Shown one piece after another: positions 9,068 through 18,994 of a stretch of DNA of 64,000 nt (positions within the stretch are counted from its first letter, which is position 1; each line of letters opens with the position of its first letter). Where the stretch lies: the IMG/VR virus record IMGVR_UViG_3300025121_000027, positions 1 through 64,000 of that record; one strand, given 5' to 3'. Both the position numbers and the translations under genes were made by a program. The DNA comes from a virus. Below the pieces are notes generated by a model. It had not been told where the DNA came from and did not search any database. It saw nothing but the letters and a program-made list of their open reading frames with translations.

Positions 9068-9092
9068 AATTTAAACTTTCCTCTTATTACTT

Positions 9093-9121
9093 ATTATAAT
9101 AAAGAAATTTAGAAAAATAAA
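9093..9121 (-). promoter_or_regulatory. Phage promoter motif TTTATTTT-N12-TATTATAAT, copy 1 (upstream of dnaX)
   Basis: One of five near-identical copies with the same spacing. Confidence 0.75.
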
Positions 9122-9152
9122 GATTGCTTATATTCACGTAACAGTTTGGAGT

Positions 9153-10466
9153 TTATCCTCTGAAAAAGTTTGCCATTCTATAATTACTATTTCTTTGTTT
9201 TCTAATTTTATGAATAGTAGTTTTTTGTTCTTCTGGTAGTGTCTTTTTAACTTCTTTCATTTGCATTCTTCTTGTTCTAACAATCTCTTTATACTTTTGA
9301 TAAGCATCGCTTTTTGGCTGTGCCTGTCCAAGACCTTTACACCAATAATCATTTCTTAATAATACTTTACACATTCTACGCCATGATGGAGCCCAGCATT
9401 TACTTTCAAGTTCTGGCGGTGCTTCTTCTGGAATAATCGGATAACCCCTTCTGTGCCACCCGTGAATAAACTTTTTAAATCTAAGCGTGTAATGACTTCT
9501 CGTTTTCTTCGGCATTGTTTGCAGAAGCAAATTACAAAAGCTTTTCCATGTATGGTTATCAGGTTTTGTTATTTTATTATAACCACTAATGTTGCCATTT
9601 TCTTGAACATAAAGCGCTCCAGAATTTGCTCCATTTACTCTTGCAACTAATTTAAACCATGTATTCGGTTCTAAAATATGATAAAGCCACAATCCTCTTC
9701 TCTGATCGTCTCCAAATGGTTGACACAATCTTTGATGCGATAAAGGGACACCCGCCATTTGCATCTTATCATATATTTTATTGTGAGGTTTTTCTGGATA
9801 TTTAGCGTGATACTTCCAAATGTCTTGAGTAAGCCAATCGTAAATAGGATATACGTTATAAACATTATCTGCTATTTTTGTTGTCCATCTATAGTTGTTG
9901 AACATTAAATCTCTTTTTTCCCAAGTAGCAATAGCACAATATCTATGGAGACTTTCTTGTGCTCTGATTCCAATAAAAGCAGCAGTAGGTTTGTCTTGGC
10001 TATACCACTCTCCAAACAAAACAATAAACTCTTCAAACTCCATCTTAGCAACGCCAAACGGATAGTCTTTTTCTGTTTTTATATATGGATAATTTGGCTT
10101 TTCTCTTATCCAAATATCTTTCTTTTCTTCATCCCAACAAACCCATCTCGGCTCATAATTTGTAACAGCATTTCTTAAAAGCATTGGAATACAAATCCAA
10201 TGCGGATCAATATACTCTTTGTAAATCTTGAACATTTCTTTTGCGTGTTTTATAGTCTCTGCATATTGTGCTTCAAAGTCTATATACATGACTCCAACTT
10301 TTCGCTTCCTACGCATTGCTTCTTCCATAACAAGATGAAACATAACACTACTGTCTTTACCGCCAGAAAAAGCAACATAGATTCTCTCAAAATTATCAAA
10401 TACTATTTTAACTCTTTCTCTTGAAGCCGTTAATACATTGTAGTTTTTATATCTTTTTACACCCAT
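9153..10466 (-). CDS. PAPS-reductase-like / DUF3440 protein (IbrA/YbdN family)
   Basis: PP-loop AFSGGKDS, GIRAQESLHR, YPIYDW and WAPSWRRMCK..LRNDYWC. Confidence 0.88.
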   Translation of the reverse strand: MGVKRYKNYNVLTASRERVKIVFDNFERIYVAFSGGKDSSVMFHLVMEEAMRRKRKVGVMYIDFEAQYAETIKHAKEMFKIYKEYIDPHWICIPMLLRNAVTNYEPRWVCWDEEKKDIWIREKPNYPYIKTEKDYPFGVAKMEFEEFIVLFGEWYSQDKPTAAFIGIRAQESLHRYCAIATWEKRDLMFNNYRWTTKIADNVYNVYPIYDWLTQDIWKYHAKYPEKPHNKIYDKMQMAGVPLSHQRLCQPFGDDQRRGLWLYHILEPNTWFKLVARVNGANSGALYVQENGNISGYNKITKPDNHTWKSFCNLLLQTMPKKTRSHYTLRFKKFIHGWHRRGYPIIPEEAPPELESKCWAPSWRRMCKVLLRNDYWCKGLGQAQPKSDAYQKYKEIVRTRRMQMKEVKKTLPEEQKTTIHKIRKQRNSNYRMANFFRG

Positions 10467-10478
10467 AATAAACCGCCA

Positions 10479-11627
10479 TTAATAAATGTCAGATTGTCTA
10501 TTTGCATAAGCTTCGTCCATGGTAACTTCTTCACGGTCATTAGCTTTAAGCCATTTATTCAAATATTTTAGAGCAACTTCGTTTGCTTCGTTCTGTTGTT
10601 TCTCAGACATTAGAGAAAATCCACCTCTAAATGTAGACGGAATACCTGTAGCATAACACATGGCAGCTTGTCCAAGCCATGCTATTCTGTTCATGGCGCT
10701 ATTTGTTAGGTAGTGTTCGCAAGAATGTTTCCACTCCTTTATAACATGTTCAAGTGTAGCAGCAAATTTCTTTGGGTTAGATAAAAACTTTTTATACTCT
10801 TCTTCGCACTCGCTTTTAGTTTTTCCATGCATTGTAGTATTATAAAAACCAGCCTTATAACATTCCCATTTTTCATATGTGTGGAAAATCCTATTTTCAT
10901 CACTCGTGTTTACTGTTCTAAATTCTTTATCTTCTTCTTTAAAATCGTCTACATCATCGCTCAACTCTTCAAAATCAGATTCGGTTACTTCTCCTTCAAC
11001 ATCCCATGCTTTTGAAAATTCTTGATCTGAAAATAATTCGATAAGCCCTGTTATTTGACACAAGCGCAAAATTTCATCTTCATCCATTCCAAGTTCTCTT
11101 GAAATTTTTTCATTGTCCCAATTTCTTCTTTTTAATTCTAAGACAATATCAGACATCTTTTCTATCTGATGTTTGCCCCTTGCGCGATTATGTCTAATAG
11201 TTGCCGCTATTCTATCTGATTTTGATTCTCTTTCATGATTTATAATAGCAAGAGGAAGATAACCTAAAATTCTTTTCTTCGCTTCTTTTGATTCTTTGCC
11301 GACTCTATTTCTATGAAAGCCGTCTACTACTTCGAATATATCTTGTTCATTTCTCCATGCGACAATTGGTTGCGTATAGCCGTCTTCACATATTGATCTT
11401 TCAAGCAGTTTCATTTCTGGAGGAGCTACAGAATTTGGATTATAATCATTTGCATGAACCATGTCTGATTTAATCCACTGCACACAATCAACAGGCTCAT
11501 TTTTAAATGGACTATACTTGTGAAGTTCTTTTCTTATTTCATTAATTGCTTCGATTAAATCTCTTTGGTTTAAAATATCAAGAGATTTAAATAAGTCTTT
11601 CGATTTCTTAATAACTTCTTTTTTCAT
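10479..11627 (-). CDS. ParB/Srx-like protein (IbrB/YbdM family) with extra C-terminal domain
   Basis: NDYNPNSVAPPEM, DGYTQPIV, VDGFHR and TIRHNRARGKH, plus about 130 extra C-terminal residues. Confidence 0.88.
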   Translation of the reverse strand: MKKEVIKKSKDLFKSLDILNQRDLIEAINEIRKELHKYSPFKNEPVDCVQWIKSDMVHANDYNPNSVAPPEMKLLERSICEDGYTQPIVAWRNEQDIFEVVDGFHRNRVGKESKEAKKRILGYLPLAIINHERESKSDRIAATIRHNRARGKHQIEKMSDIVLELKRRNWDNEKISRELGMDEDEILRLCQITGLIELFSDQEFSKAWDVEGEVTESDFEELSDDVDDFKEEDKEFRTVNTSDENRIFHTYEKWECYKAGFYNTTMHGKTKSECEEEYKKFLSNPKKFAATLEHVIKEWKHSCEHYLTNSAMNRIAWLGQAAMCYATGIPSTFRGGFSLMSEKQQNEANEVALKYLNKWLKANDREEVTMDEAYANRQSDIY

Positions 11628-14600
11628 TTTGTCGCTTCCTTAAATGCTTTGCTGAACTCTTCGATTCCTTTTTCAAACAGTTCTCTATTTCTTGGATTTC
11701 TCAATACCGCAGATGGATGAAGGCTCCAAACTACATATGCTTCTAAAGATTTAATCCATTGTCTTTGCCCTGCTAATGTAGTAATGCCTCCATCCTTTCC
11801 TGTAAATGCTTTCAAGCAAATGTTACCACAAGCAAGAACGAGTTTGCATTTAGTCTTCTTTAATTCATCCATTAACCAAGGAAGACATGCTTGTATATGA
11901 TCTTCTTTCGGCGTCTTTGTTTTTGAAGGATAGCATCTACAGGCGTTTGAAACATATACATCCGATCTATTGATATTATACTTTGCTAAAGTACTCCAAA
12001 GCAAATCGCCAGCGGGACCAATAAATCCCATTCTTTTAATTGAACCATCTCTCATTTGTACTCCAATGTCTTCTCGTCTTCCTGGCGCTTCGCCGATTAC
12101 AAATATATTATACTTTCCAATGCTCGTTAATATTGGCTCTTGCGCTTCTTCTGCTAAACTGCATCGCTTGCACTTTGATATTCTTTCGCTTCTATACTTT
12201 ATCTTTTCAGCTTTCAAAATTCTATCTTGCTTCTGTATTAGTTTATTTGATCCTCGCCCACATTCAAAAGGCAAGTACTCACTTAGGTTACTTGGAATTG
12301 ATTCTGGATCATAGGCATCTATCTTTTCTAATGTCTCTTCTATTTTTGTTTTCTTCTTGGCAACAGGATTAATATTAAAAAAGCCTTTGTTCTTTGGTTT
12401 TGCTACTATCTTATTTTCTACACACTTTAAAGCATTACTTTCTCCAAAAGATTTAATTTCTGCAAACGGAGTATAAAGACAATTATCTTTTATTGTCCAC
12501 CTTAATGCATCTGATATTCCTATCTTCGGCGGCATTATAGATAAGCCAATTTCTTTTGCTTCATCTATGATATGTTGTTTATGCTTTTGAACATCTTTCT
12601 TCTTTTCATCATATTCACCATAAGATAGAGTAGCACAAAAAAACTCTACTGGATAATGCGCTTTTAAATATGCAGTACGATAAGCAATCAAAGCATATGC
12701 AGTACTATGCCCTCTTCCGAATCCATAACGTGCCCAATGAAGAAGACCGTCCCAAAATTCTCCAGCTTCTTTAGGGCTAAATGTTTTTTGTTTAGCACAA
12801 CCATCAACAAATTGCTTTTTATATGGCTCGAATTCTTTAGGGTCTCTTTTCTTTCCTATAACTCTTCTAATACTATCTGCATCTGATTCTGACATTCCAG
12901 CCATTCTGGAAATTACTTTCATCACTTGTTCTTGATACACGAGCTGGCCGTATGTATCTTTTGTAATATCTTCATATATAGGATGATCTTTATCCCAATG
13001 CTTTCCTTTCTTTCTTTCAACATATTCTTCCGTCATGCCGGATTCCGATGGTCCTGGTCGTATAAGAGCAAGTGCAGCGTTAAGATGTTCAAAGCAAGAG
13101 ATACCCATTTGAGTACATAATTCTGTCAACGGCCTTGCAGATACTTGAAACAAGCCAGCAGTTTTTCCAGAATCAATAAACTCAAATGCTTCAGGGTCTT
13201 CTTCTGGTATTGTTTCTATTTCAAAGCTTGAGTTGGATTGTTTTATTAAAGTTCGGCACTCTTCTAATACAGATATTGTAGCAAGACCGAGCACATCAAG
13301 TTTCATAAGTCCTTGATGCTCGCAGTTTTTCATATTCCAATTTACTACTTGATAATCTCCACGCTTTACAAGAACGCATCTTGTTCCTTGTGTTAAATCT
13401 TCTCCACTTATAATTACTCCAGCGGCATGTCTTCCAGCATTTCTAAACTGTCCTTCAAGTTTTAAAGCGAGTTTAATTTGCTTTGGATGTTTCTCTGCAA
13501 ATTGTTTTGCTTCTGAATTTCTTTCAACAGCATATTCTATTGCACTTCCTTCGTGATCTGGATTGTCCCATATAGAGTTTGCCATATCCGATACTTCATC
13601 ATTAGGCAAATCAAATACTCTTCCTATATCACGAATAACCGCTTTACTTTTCATCTGCATTTCAGTAGAGATATAAGCAACATTATTCTTACCGTAGATT
13701 TCAAATAAAGCATCTACTGCTTGCTGTCTATATCTCTTTTCAATATCTAAATCAATATCTGGTAGATCATTGCGGTCCTCAGAAAGAAATCTTGAAAAAG
13801 GAAGATCATATTTAATTGGATCAAGTCCTTCTGTAATATGAAGTAAATGAGCTATCAATGCTCCAGCTACACTTCCACGACCAGGGCCAACTCCCCATCC
13901 TTTACTCTTACAATATAAAACAAAATCTTGAACGATTAGAAAGTATCTTGAGAAGTCTTTCTTGCCAATCAAAGCAAGTTCTGTTTCTAATCGTTCTTTG
14001 TATTCTGTTTTTCTATCAAGGCCAAATTCTCTCAATCCAATTAAGCATCTACTTTTTAATTCTTGAAATTCACTTTGCTCTGATATTTTATAAGGAAGAT
14101 TGGGAAGAGATATATTTTGTTTCTTTATTTCAAAGTTAGAACATCTTTCAGCTATTTGAACGGTTCTTTCAATTGCTTTATATACTTCTCTCTTTGTAAA
14201 GTCTCCTTGCTTTTCAAAGGCTTGAAGCATTTCATCTGCTGTTCTCAAATGAAGACCCTTAAATCCAAACCTCCATCTATTAGGATCATTCCACTTAGCA
14301 TTACTTTGAATAGCTAAAAGAACTTCTTGCGCTTCCCAATCTTCCTCAAGGATATAGTGATTGTCATTGGTTGCAACTAATGGCCATTCACTATAATCTT
14401 TTTTTATCTTTGCATGAAGTTGTTTCTGGCTCTTGATATTGTGCGGCATAACTTCAATAAATACAGAATCTTTATTTGCTTTCTCATCTAAGTCTCTAAC
14501 AAATCTATCAGAAGCATTTATAACAGAAGCAGCGCAACCAGTAAGAAAGATCAAACCATCAAGATTAGAATTTAGAATTTGTTCATAATCGCATCTTGGC

Positions 14601-14947
14601 CGATGATAGAATCCTTCGAGGCTTGCTTTTGTTAACCACTTGCAGAGAGTTCTCCACCCATTTATATTTTCTACAAGCACTGTTAGATGGCTTCGCTTTT
14701 CTCCTTTGTCTTTCTTATTCATATCCGAAACTACATAGAGTTCGCAGCCGACAACAGGAAGTATATTGGCTTTCTTACATTCCTGCTGCCACTCAATTGC
14801 GCCGTCTACATTTCCGTGATCTGTTAAAGCAATAGATTTAAAGCCAAGCTCTGCTGCTCTTTTAATGTAGTTAGCAGAAGTACCAAAGCCATCAAGCCAG
14901 CTCCGGGTGGAGTGCAAATGCAGATGAACAAAAGAACTGTTATCCAT
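11624..14947 (-). CDS. dnaE: DNA polymerase III alpha (family C) fused to a C-terminal family-4 uracil-DNA glycosylase
   Basis: PHP motifs HLHLHS/TDHG/TNDNHY, GPGRGS, PDIDLD and VYQEQ. C-terminal CxxC, GEAPG, NACRC, C and HPSAVLR. Confidence 0.93.
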   Translation of the reverse strand: MDNSSFVHLHLHSTRSWLDGFGTSANYIKRAAELGFKSIALTDHGNVDGAIEWQQECKKANILPVVGCELYVVSDMNKKDKGEKRSHLTVLVENINGWRTLCKWLTKASLEGFYHRPRCDYEQILNSNLDGLIFLTGCAASVINASDRFVRDLDEKANKDSVFIEVMPHNIKSQKQLHAKIKKDYSEWPLVATNDNHYILEEDWEAQEVLLAIQSNAKWNDPNRWRFGFKGLHLRTADEMLQAFEKQGDFTKREVYKAIERTVQIAERCSNFEIKKQNISLPNLPYKISEQSEFQELKSRCLIGLREFGLDRKTEYKERLETELALIGKKDFSRYFLIVQDFVLYCKSKGWGVGPGRGSVAGALIAHLLHITEGLDPIKYDLPFSRFLSEDRNDLPDIDLDIEKRYRQQAVDALFEIYGKNNVAYISTEMQMKSKAVIRDIGRVFDLPNDEVSDMANSIWDNPDHEGSAIEYAVERNSEAKQFAEKHPKQIKLALKLEGQFRNAGRHAAGVIISGEDLTQGTRCVLVKRGDYQVVNWNMKNCEHQGLMKLDVLGLATISVLEECRTLIKQSNSSFEIETIPEEDPEAFEFIDSGKTAGLFQVSARPLTELCTQMGISCFEHLNAALALIRPGPSESGMTEEYVERKKGKHWDKDHPIYEDITKDTYGQLVYQEQVMKVISRMAGMSESDADSIRRVIGKKRDPKEFEPYKKQFVDGCAKQKTFSPKEAGEFWDGLLHWARYGFGRGHSTAYALIAYRTAYLKAHYPVEFFCATLSYGEYDEKKKDVQKHKQHIIDEAKEIGLSIMPPKIGISDALRWTIKDNCLYTPFAEIKSFGESNALKCVENKIVAKPKNKGFFNINPVAKKKTKIEETLEKIDAYDPESIPSNLSEYLPFECGRGSNKLIQKQDRILKAEKIKYRSERISKCKRCSLAEEAQEPILTSIGKYNIFVIGEAPGRREDIGVQMRDGSIKRMGFIGPAGDLLWSTLAKYNINRSDVYVSNACRCYPSKTKTPKEDHIQACLPWLMDELKKTKCKLVLACGNICLKAFTGKDGGITTLAGQRQWIKSLEAYVVWSLHPSAVLRNPRNRELFEKGIEEFSKAFKEATK

Positions 14948-14949
14948 TA

Positions 14950-15228
14950 TTACTTTTCTTTCCTAACTCTTTTCACTTTCTCAACTGGCTTTTTCTTATC
15001 TGCCCACATCTTTTTAAATCGTTCTGATGCTGTTGCCTTTTGTTCTTCTGTTCGCTTTCTCATACTGAAAGGATTCTTGCCTGTACGATAAGCAAACAAA
15101 GCGCAATCTTTACTTTCGCATTTAACTATCATTCTTTGTCCACCAATACAAGAACTACAAAACTCTTTGATAGCTTTCATCGGCGACCCAAACTTCTTAC
15201 CGTGTTCTGTTTCTGTGAACTTATTCAT
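14950..15228 (-). CDS. Conserved-type phage hypothetical protein (AIKxFCxxC...C..C.L..YR.GKNP)
   Basis: ORF tiles with its neighbours; Cys-rich motif. Confidence 0.65.
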   Translation of the reverse strand: MNKFTETEHGKKFGSPMKAIKEFCSSCIGGQRMIVKCESKDCALFAYRTGKNPFSMRKRTEEQKATASERFKKMWADKKKPVEKVKRVRKEK

Positions 15229-15445
15229 TTAATTTTTTTCTCCTGTTGAAATAATTTTTATTCTTCGGCATCTTGATAGGTCTTATTGCGTACTTGCTCG
15301 TTAGTACTTTCTTATTGTCTTCAAATTGAATTAGTATAGAGTTCATATAGCCTTTAGCCAATACTCTACATTTGTTCCCCTTCCTTTCCGGCAAATGAGA
15401 AGTCCAATGCCATACATAATCGAAGTTATTACTGACAAGATTCAT
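15221..15445 (-). CDS. Hypothetical protein
   Basis: Likely start MNLVS at 15445 (ATGA overlap). Confidence 0.55.
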   Translation of the reverse strand: MNLVSNNFDYVWHWTSHLPERKGNKCRVLAKGYMNSILIQFEDNKKVLTSKYAIRPIKMPKNKNYFNRRKKLNE

Positions 15446-15669
15446 AGTGGATTCTCTACTGTGACAGATAGCGGTTGTAATGGTAAATTGAAAGTCAGCA
15501 AACTGATATAGATAATTCCTGTTTCTGCAATTACTTTCTTTTCCTCTGTTGTAAGTTGCCAACAAGTAACGACTATGCCGGTTTCATCTTTATGCGCTGG
15601 CAACGGTTGATATTCTGGTTGATCTTTTGCATAAATACAATTCTCTTCTTTGAAATGAATAGGTATCAT
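15442..15669 (-). CDS. Hypothetical protein
   Basis: AKDQPEYQPLPA; GAGG RBS. Confidence 0.65.
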   Translation of the reverse strand: MIPIHFKEENCIYAKDQPEYQPLPAHKDETGIVVTCWQLTTEEKKVIAETGIIYISLLTFNLPLQPLSVTVENPL

Positions 15670-15711
15670 AATTTATCCTCTATATTCTCTTGTTGATAAA
15701 TTGTCATTTCT

Positions 15712-15978
15712 TTATCTCATAGCAGATGAAGTATACGAACCAACACCAAGAACAAAACCGAAGTCATACCAGCTGCCATTATTATAGACAGCATAGACAG
15801 CAGTAGAATCACTAAACAAAGATACAATAAAAGAAATAGGAATAATCATTCCATGCCATAAGCCACTCCAGAAACCTACTTGATTCATAGTCAATGCAAA
15901 TTGACAATCAACTTTATCTGCACAAGAAGTAATAAGCAATAAAAAAAACAAAGAAGTAATCAATTTAATGTGTTTCAT
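15712..15978 (-). CDS. Putative membrane lipoprotein
   Basis: Lipobox-like ITSC, GFWSGLWHG, hydrophobic segments. Confidence 0.65.
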   Translation of the reverse strand: MKHIKLITSLFFLLLITSCADKVDCQFALTMNQVGFWSGLWHGMIIPISFIVSLFSDSTAVYAVYNNGSWYDFGFVLGVGSYTSSAMR

Positions 15979-16226
15979 TTTTTTCTCCTTTCTTTTTCAT
16001 CATTTCTATGCCAAGATTTTTCGCATGGCCAGCACGTTAACATAAGATTGTCAGGATCATTTGTTCCGCCATCTTTTCTATGCTTTATATGGTGGATATG
16101 CCCTTTCATTTTTCCATTGTTCTCTTTGCTGCCTTTCTCCAAATACAATGCGCAGCCACATCGCTTGCATTTTTTACCATCTCTTTCAAAGACAAATTTC
16201 TTTCGTGCTTGAGATTGTCCAGACAT
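15975..16226 (-). CDS. Small HNH endonuclease
   Basis: VFERDG..CKRCG...HIHHI...GG.N..NL..TC..C...H. Confidence 0.8.
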   Translation of the reverse strand: MSGQSQARKKFVFERDGKKCKRCGCALYLEKGSKENNGKMKGHIHHIKHRKDGGTNDPDNLMLTCWPCEKSWHRNDEKERRKK

Positions 16227-16234
16227 GGTACTCT

Positions 16235-16263
16235 ATTATAATAGATTTAGTTGAAAAAATAAA
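16235..16263 (-). promoter_or_regulatory. Phage promoter motif, copy 2
   Basis: TTTATTTT-N12-TATTATAAT. Confidence 0.75.
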
Positions 16264-16265
16264 AG

Positions 16266-17159
16266 CTATGTAGGCATGAGTCTAAGCATGGAGTCGATAT
16301 CGTTTAAAGCTTCTCTCATATCTAATTCTTTAAATATCTCTTTTAGTTTTGGCTTATTCAAGACTCCGCGCTTTATATTCTTAGATATGTTTTCTGGCTT
16401 ATCTACCATCTCTGTATTTTTTAAATCCATTAATCTCTTTGACAATTCAAAAGACTTTAAATCATCAAATGCTTTTCTTTCAAATTTATTTGGAGAGTAT
16501 TGGCCAGCCATAACAGCTTTTCTAAACGCTCTATAGGAGCCGAACTTTTGCATAATAGACAAAGCTGTTTTTTCTCCAACACCAAAGCAGCCTGGAATAT
16601 TATCTCCACTATCTCCTGTCATGGATCGATAGTCCAACCACTGACAGGGGCGCAATCCTTTTACTCTTTTGAAGTTGCTTGAATTTAGATATCTGACTTT
16701 GGCAATCGATACAGGGTTATATATACTGACATCTTCGTTTATTAATTGATAGAAGTCTTTGTCAGAAGAAACAATTACTACATCCTGCTCTTTAGTTTCT
16801 TGGGCGAAAATAGCAATGACATCATCTGCTTCGGTATTGTGTAGCTCAAAGTAGTCAATAGGAAAGCATAGCAACATCTCCTTAATCTTAGGCATTTGTA
16901 AGTGTAGTTGTTTGATCTTTTCTTCATCTTTGATTTTGTCTCTTTCTTTATAGGCAGGATATAGCTTCTTTCTTTTGATGGAGTGTCCCCCATCAAATAC
17001 TATCATTACTTTGTCAACATGACTAAATTTATCTAAGTAATGATATAGCGATTCAAAGAAGCCATATATGGCTTGGGTAGGAAAACCTTTTTTGGAGGAA
17101 AGTGTTTGGGAGGTATTGCAAACGAAAGCAATATTGTTTCCGTCGAGGATTAGAATCAT
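16266..17159 (-). CDS. 5'-3' exonuclease / flap endonuclease (T4 RNase H-like)
   Basis: LILDGNN, VFDG, YK.R, EADDVI, SSDKDF and GDSGDNIPG..GVGEKTA. Confidence 0.92.
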   Translation of the reverse strand: MILILDGNNIAFVCNTSQTLSSKKGFPTQAIYGFFESLYHYLDKFSHVDKVMIVFDGGHSIKRKKLYPAYKERDKIKDEEKIKQLHLQMPKIKEMLLCFPIDYFELHNTEADDVIAIFAQETKEQDVVIVSSDKDFYQLINEDVSIYNPVSIAKVRYLNSSNFKRVKGLRPCQWLDYRSMTGDSGDNIPGCFGVGEKTALSIMQKFGSYRAFRKAVMAGQYSPNKFERKAFDDLKSFELSKRLMDLKNTEMVDKPENISKNIKRGVLNKPKLKEIFKELDMREALNDIDSMLRLMPT

Positions 17160-17411
17160 TTAACTAATCTTCCATTTCATTTGTCTACACAAACGAACCG
17201 CTTCTTTCTTTGTCTTCTTTGCATCCATCCAAAAGTCATAATTATCAACAACAAAAATTGCCCATAGTGTTTCGCCGGTTTCGTTTGTTTGAGAAATGTG
17301 TACGTTTAGATTTCGCTTCAAGGCATATTGAATTGCTTCTTCATAAAAATAAGAAGACTTTTCTTTAAGTTCTTTTGCCCATTCTGTTTGTTCTATTTCT
17401 TCTCTGGTCAT
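17160..17411 (-). CDS. Hypothetical protein
   Basis: ORF tiles within the operon. Confidence 0.55.
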   Translation of the reverse strand: MTREEIEQTEWAKELKEKSSYFYEEAIQYALKRNLNVHISQTNETGETLWAIFVVDNYDFWMDAKKTKKEAVRLCRQMKWKIS

Positions 17412-17414
17412 ATC

Positions 17415-17774
17415 TCACACAAGAATAATTTTGTTTTTAGGTTTCAACTTCTTAAACTTCTTTATTGTATCTTCTGTTCCGCCTGTTCTGTCTTGCGAAA
17501 CACAAGCAATAAGTATATCTGAATCTTGAGCAATGAAAGAATTTCTAATGTGGCCAGCAGACTTTCCAAGCAAGCTCCACTTAGCATAATAAATTGTAAT
17601 AGGAACTTGCTTGGATTTAGCTATGTACTCTGCAAAGGCATCACCACCTTCAGAACAACCACCAGAAACGATTTCATCTCCATCTTCATATATAGATTGA
17701 AATGCTTTGATGACTAAGTTTTTATCAGCAAAAGTGTTTCTTCTTCTTGAGCCGATGATGCCTATCTTTTTCAT
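17415..17774 (-). CDS. SLOG superfamily protein (DprA/YspA-like)
   Basis: IGIIGSR, IVSGGC.GGD, AGHIRN and GGT motifs. Confidence 0.8.
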   Translation of the reverse strand: MKKIGIIGSRRRNTFADKNLVIKAFQSIYEDGDEIVSGGCSEGGDAFAEYIAKSKQVPITIYYAKWSLLGKSAGHIRNSFIAQDSDILIACVSQDRTGGTEDTIKKFKKLKPKNKIILV

Positions 17775-17776
17775 AA

Positions 17777-18994
17777 CTACTTTTTCCTTCGTCTTGTAGT
17801 TACTGGTTTTTCTTCTTCAATGACTTCCTCTTCGCCGCTCATATCCACAGTTTCAACTTCTTCTTCTACAGATGATTCGTCCACAACTTCATCTTCAACA
17901 GTCTCTTCTGTTTCTTCTTCGGTAGATTCAAACAAGCATACGCAATGTTCAAAATCTTCGGCACAGAATTTCAGACGTTCTCCAAGTTGAACAGTTGAAA
18001 GATGCTTCAAAATATCTGCAAGTAAAGTAGGATGTACTTTGATTGAATTTTCTTTTCCTTTATAATCGATTTCAATCTTTTCTGTAACAGAACCGAGAGG
18101 GCCTTTGCCAATACAAGTAAGTTTATCTTTGGAGAATACCATTTCAATAGCGCGGTCTTGGTCAAACTCTTCTGTAACAAGAGTTTCAACACGCCGAATA
18201 ACATCTCCAGTTCCTTGCGGCAATGCTACTTGATCCCCATCGACATCAAAGAACCCCCAAATCTGCTCTGGATATTCTCCGCCAAGAACACGACAAGAGA
18301 TAACTGTGTTCTCGTTATTCATGAAGTGCATCCAGGCATCTTCTACAATATACTTTGTAGGATTGTATGTCTTCATGTGCTTGGCAACATTAGCGGGCAG
18401 CAGAAAGTCTTTAGCAATGTTGTCATTGAGATAGAACATAGTACCCCTGTAGCCGTCACAGGAGATAGCAAAAGCCTTATCATCGTCTTGCACAAAGAAA
18501 ATGCAAGTCAGTTCTGGCTTTGTGATATTCTTCGATGCAGAGAAGACGCAAAACGTAGCCGCCTTAGAAAAGTTCGAAGGAAGCTTCATCCACTTTTTAC
18601 TATTGCTTTCTGGCGGATTAGCTCCTTGCTGTCTTGTAGTTTGAATTGTTTTAATGATAGCTTCGAATCGATTGTTGTCAGAGATAAAAACTTTATCTTC
18701 TTTCTGGTCAATAAAGACTTCATCAAAAGGAAGTTTGGCAATCAAGTCGTAAAACTCTTGCGCTTTAATACTTCCAGTAATGCCTGAATTGAACTTCTGA
18801 GCTACAGAGATTTCATCATTGTCAGTCCAGATTCTATCTGGAGAAAAGTTAAAGTGAGTGCTGTTCTCTACCACCTCCTTATTTGCAATTCCTGGGCGCA
18901 CTTTTACCAATGCGTCAAGCAGATGCTTTCGATTGATTTTGTTTTTCGTTTCTGTTTCTTTTTGCTGAGTTGTTGCAGTTTTTCTTTTAGCCAT
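17777..18994 (-). CDS. dnaN: DNA polymerase III beta sliding clamp-like protein with acidic tail
   Basis: INRKHLLDAL, SCDGYR, LLP and CRVLGGEYP patterns; about 350-aa core; replisome context. Confidence 0.75.
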   Translation of the reverse strand: MAKRKTATTQQKETETKNKINRKHLLDALVKVRPGIANKEVVENSTHFNFSPDRIWTDNDEISVAQKFNSGITGSIKAQEFYDLIAKLPFDEVFIDQKEDKVFISDNNRFEAIIKTIQTTRQQGANPPESNSKKWMKLPSNFSKAATFCVFSASKNITKPELTCIFFVQDDDKAFAISCDGYRGTMFYLNDNIAKDFLLPANVAKHMKTYNPTKYIVEDAWMHFMNNENTVISCRVLGGEYPEQIWGFFDVDGDQVALPQGTGDVIRRVETLVTEEFDQDRAIEMVFSKDKLTCIGKGPLGSVTEKIEIDYKGKENSIKVHPTLLADILKHLSTVQLGERLKFCAEDFEHCVCLFESTEEETEETVEDEVVDESSVEEEVETVDMSGEEEVIEEEKPVTTRRRKK

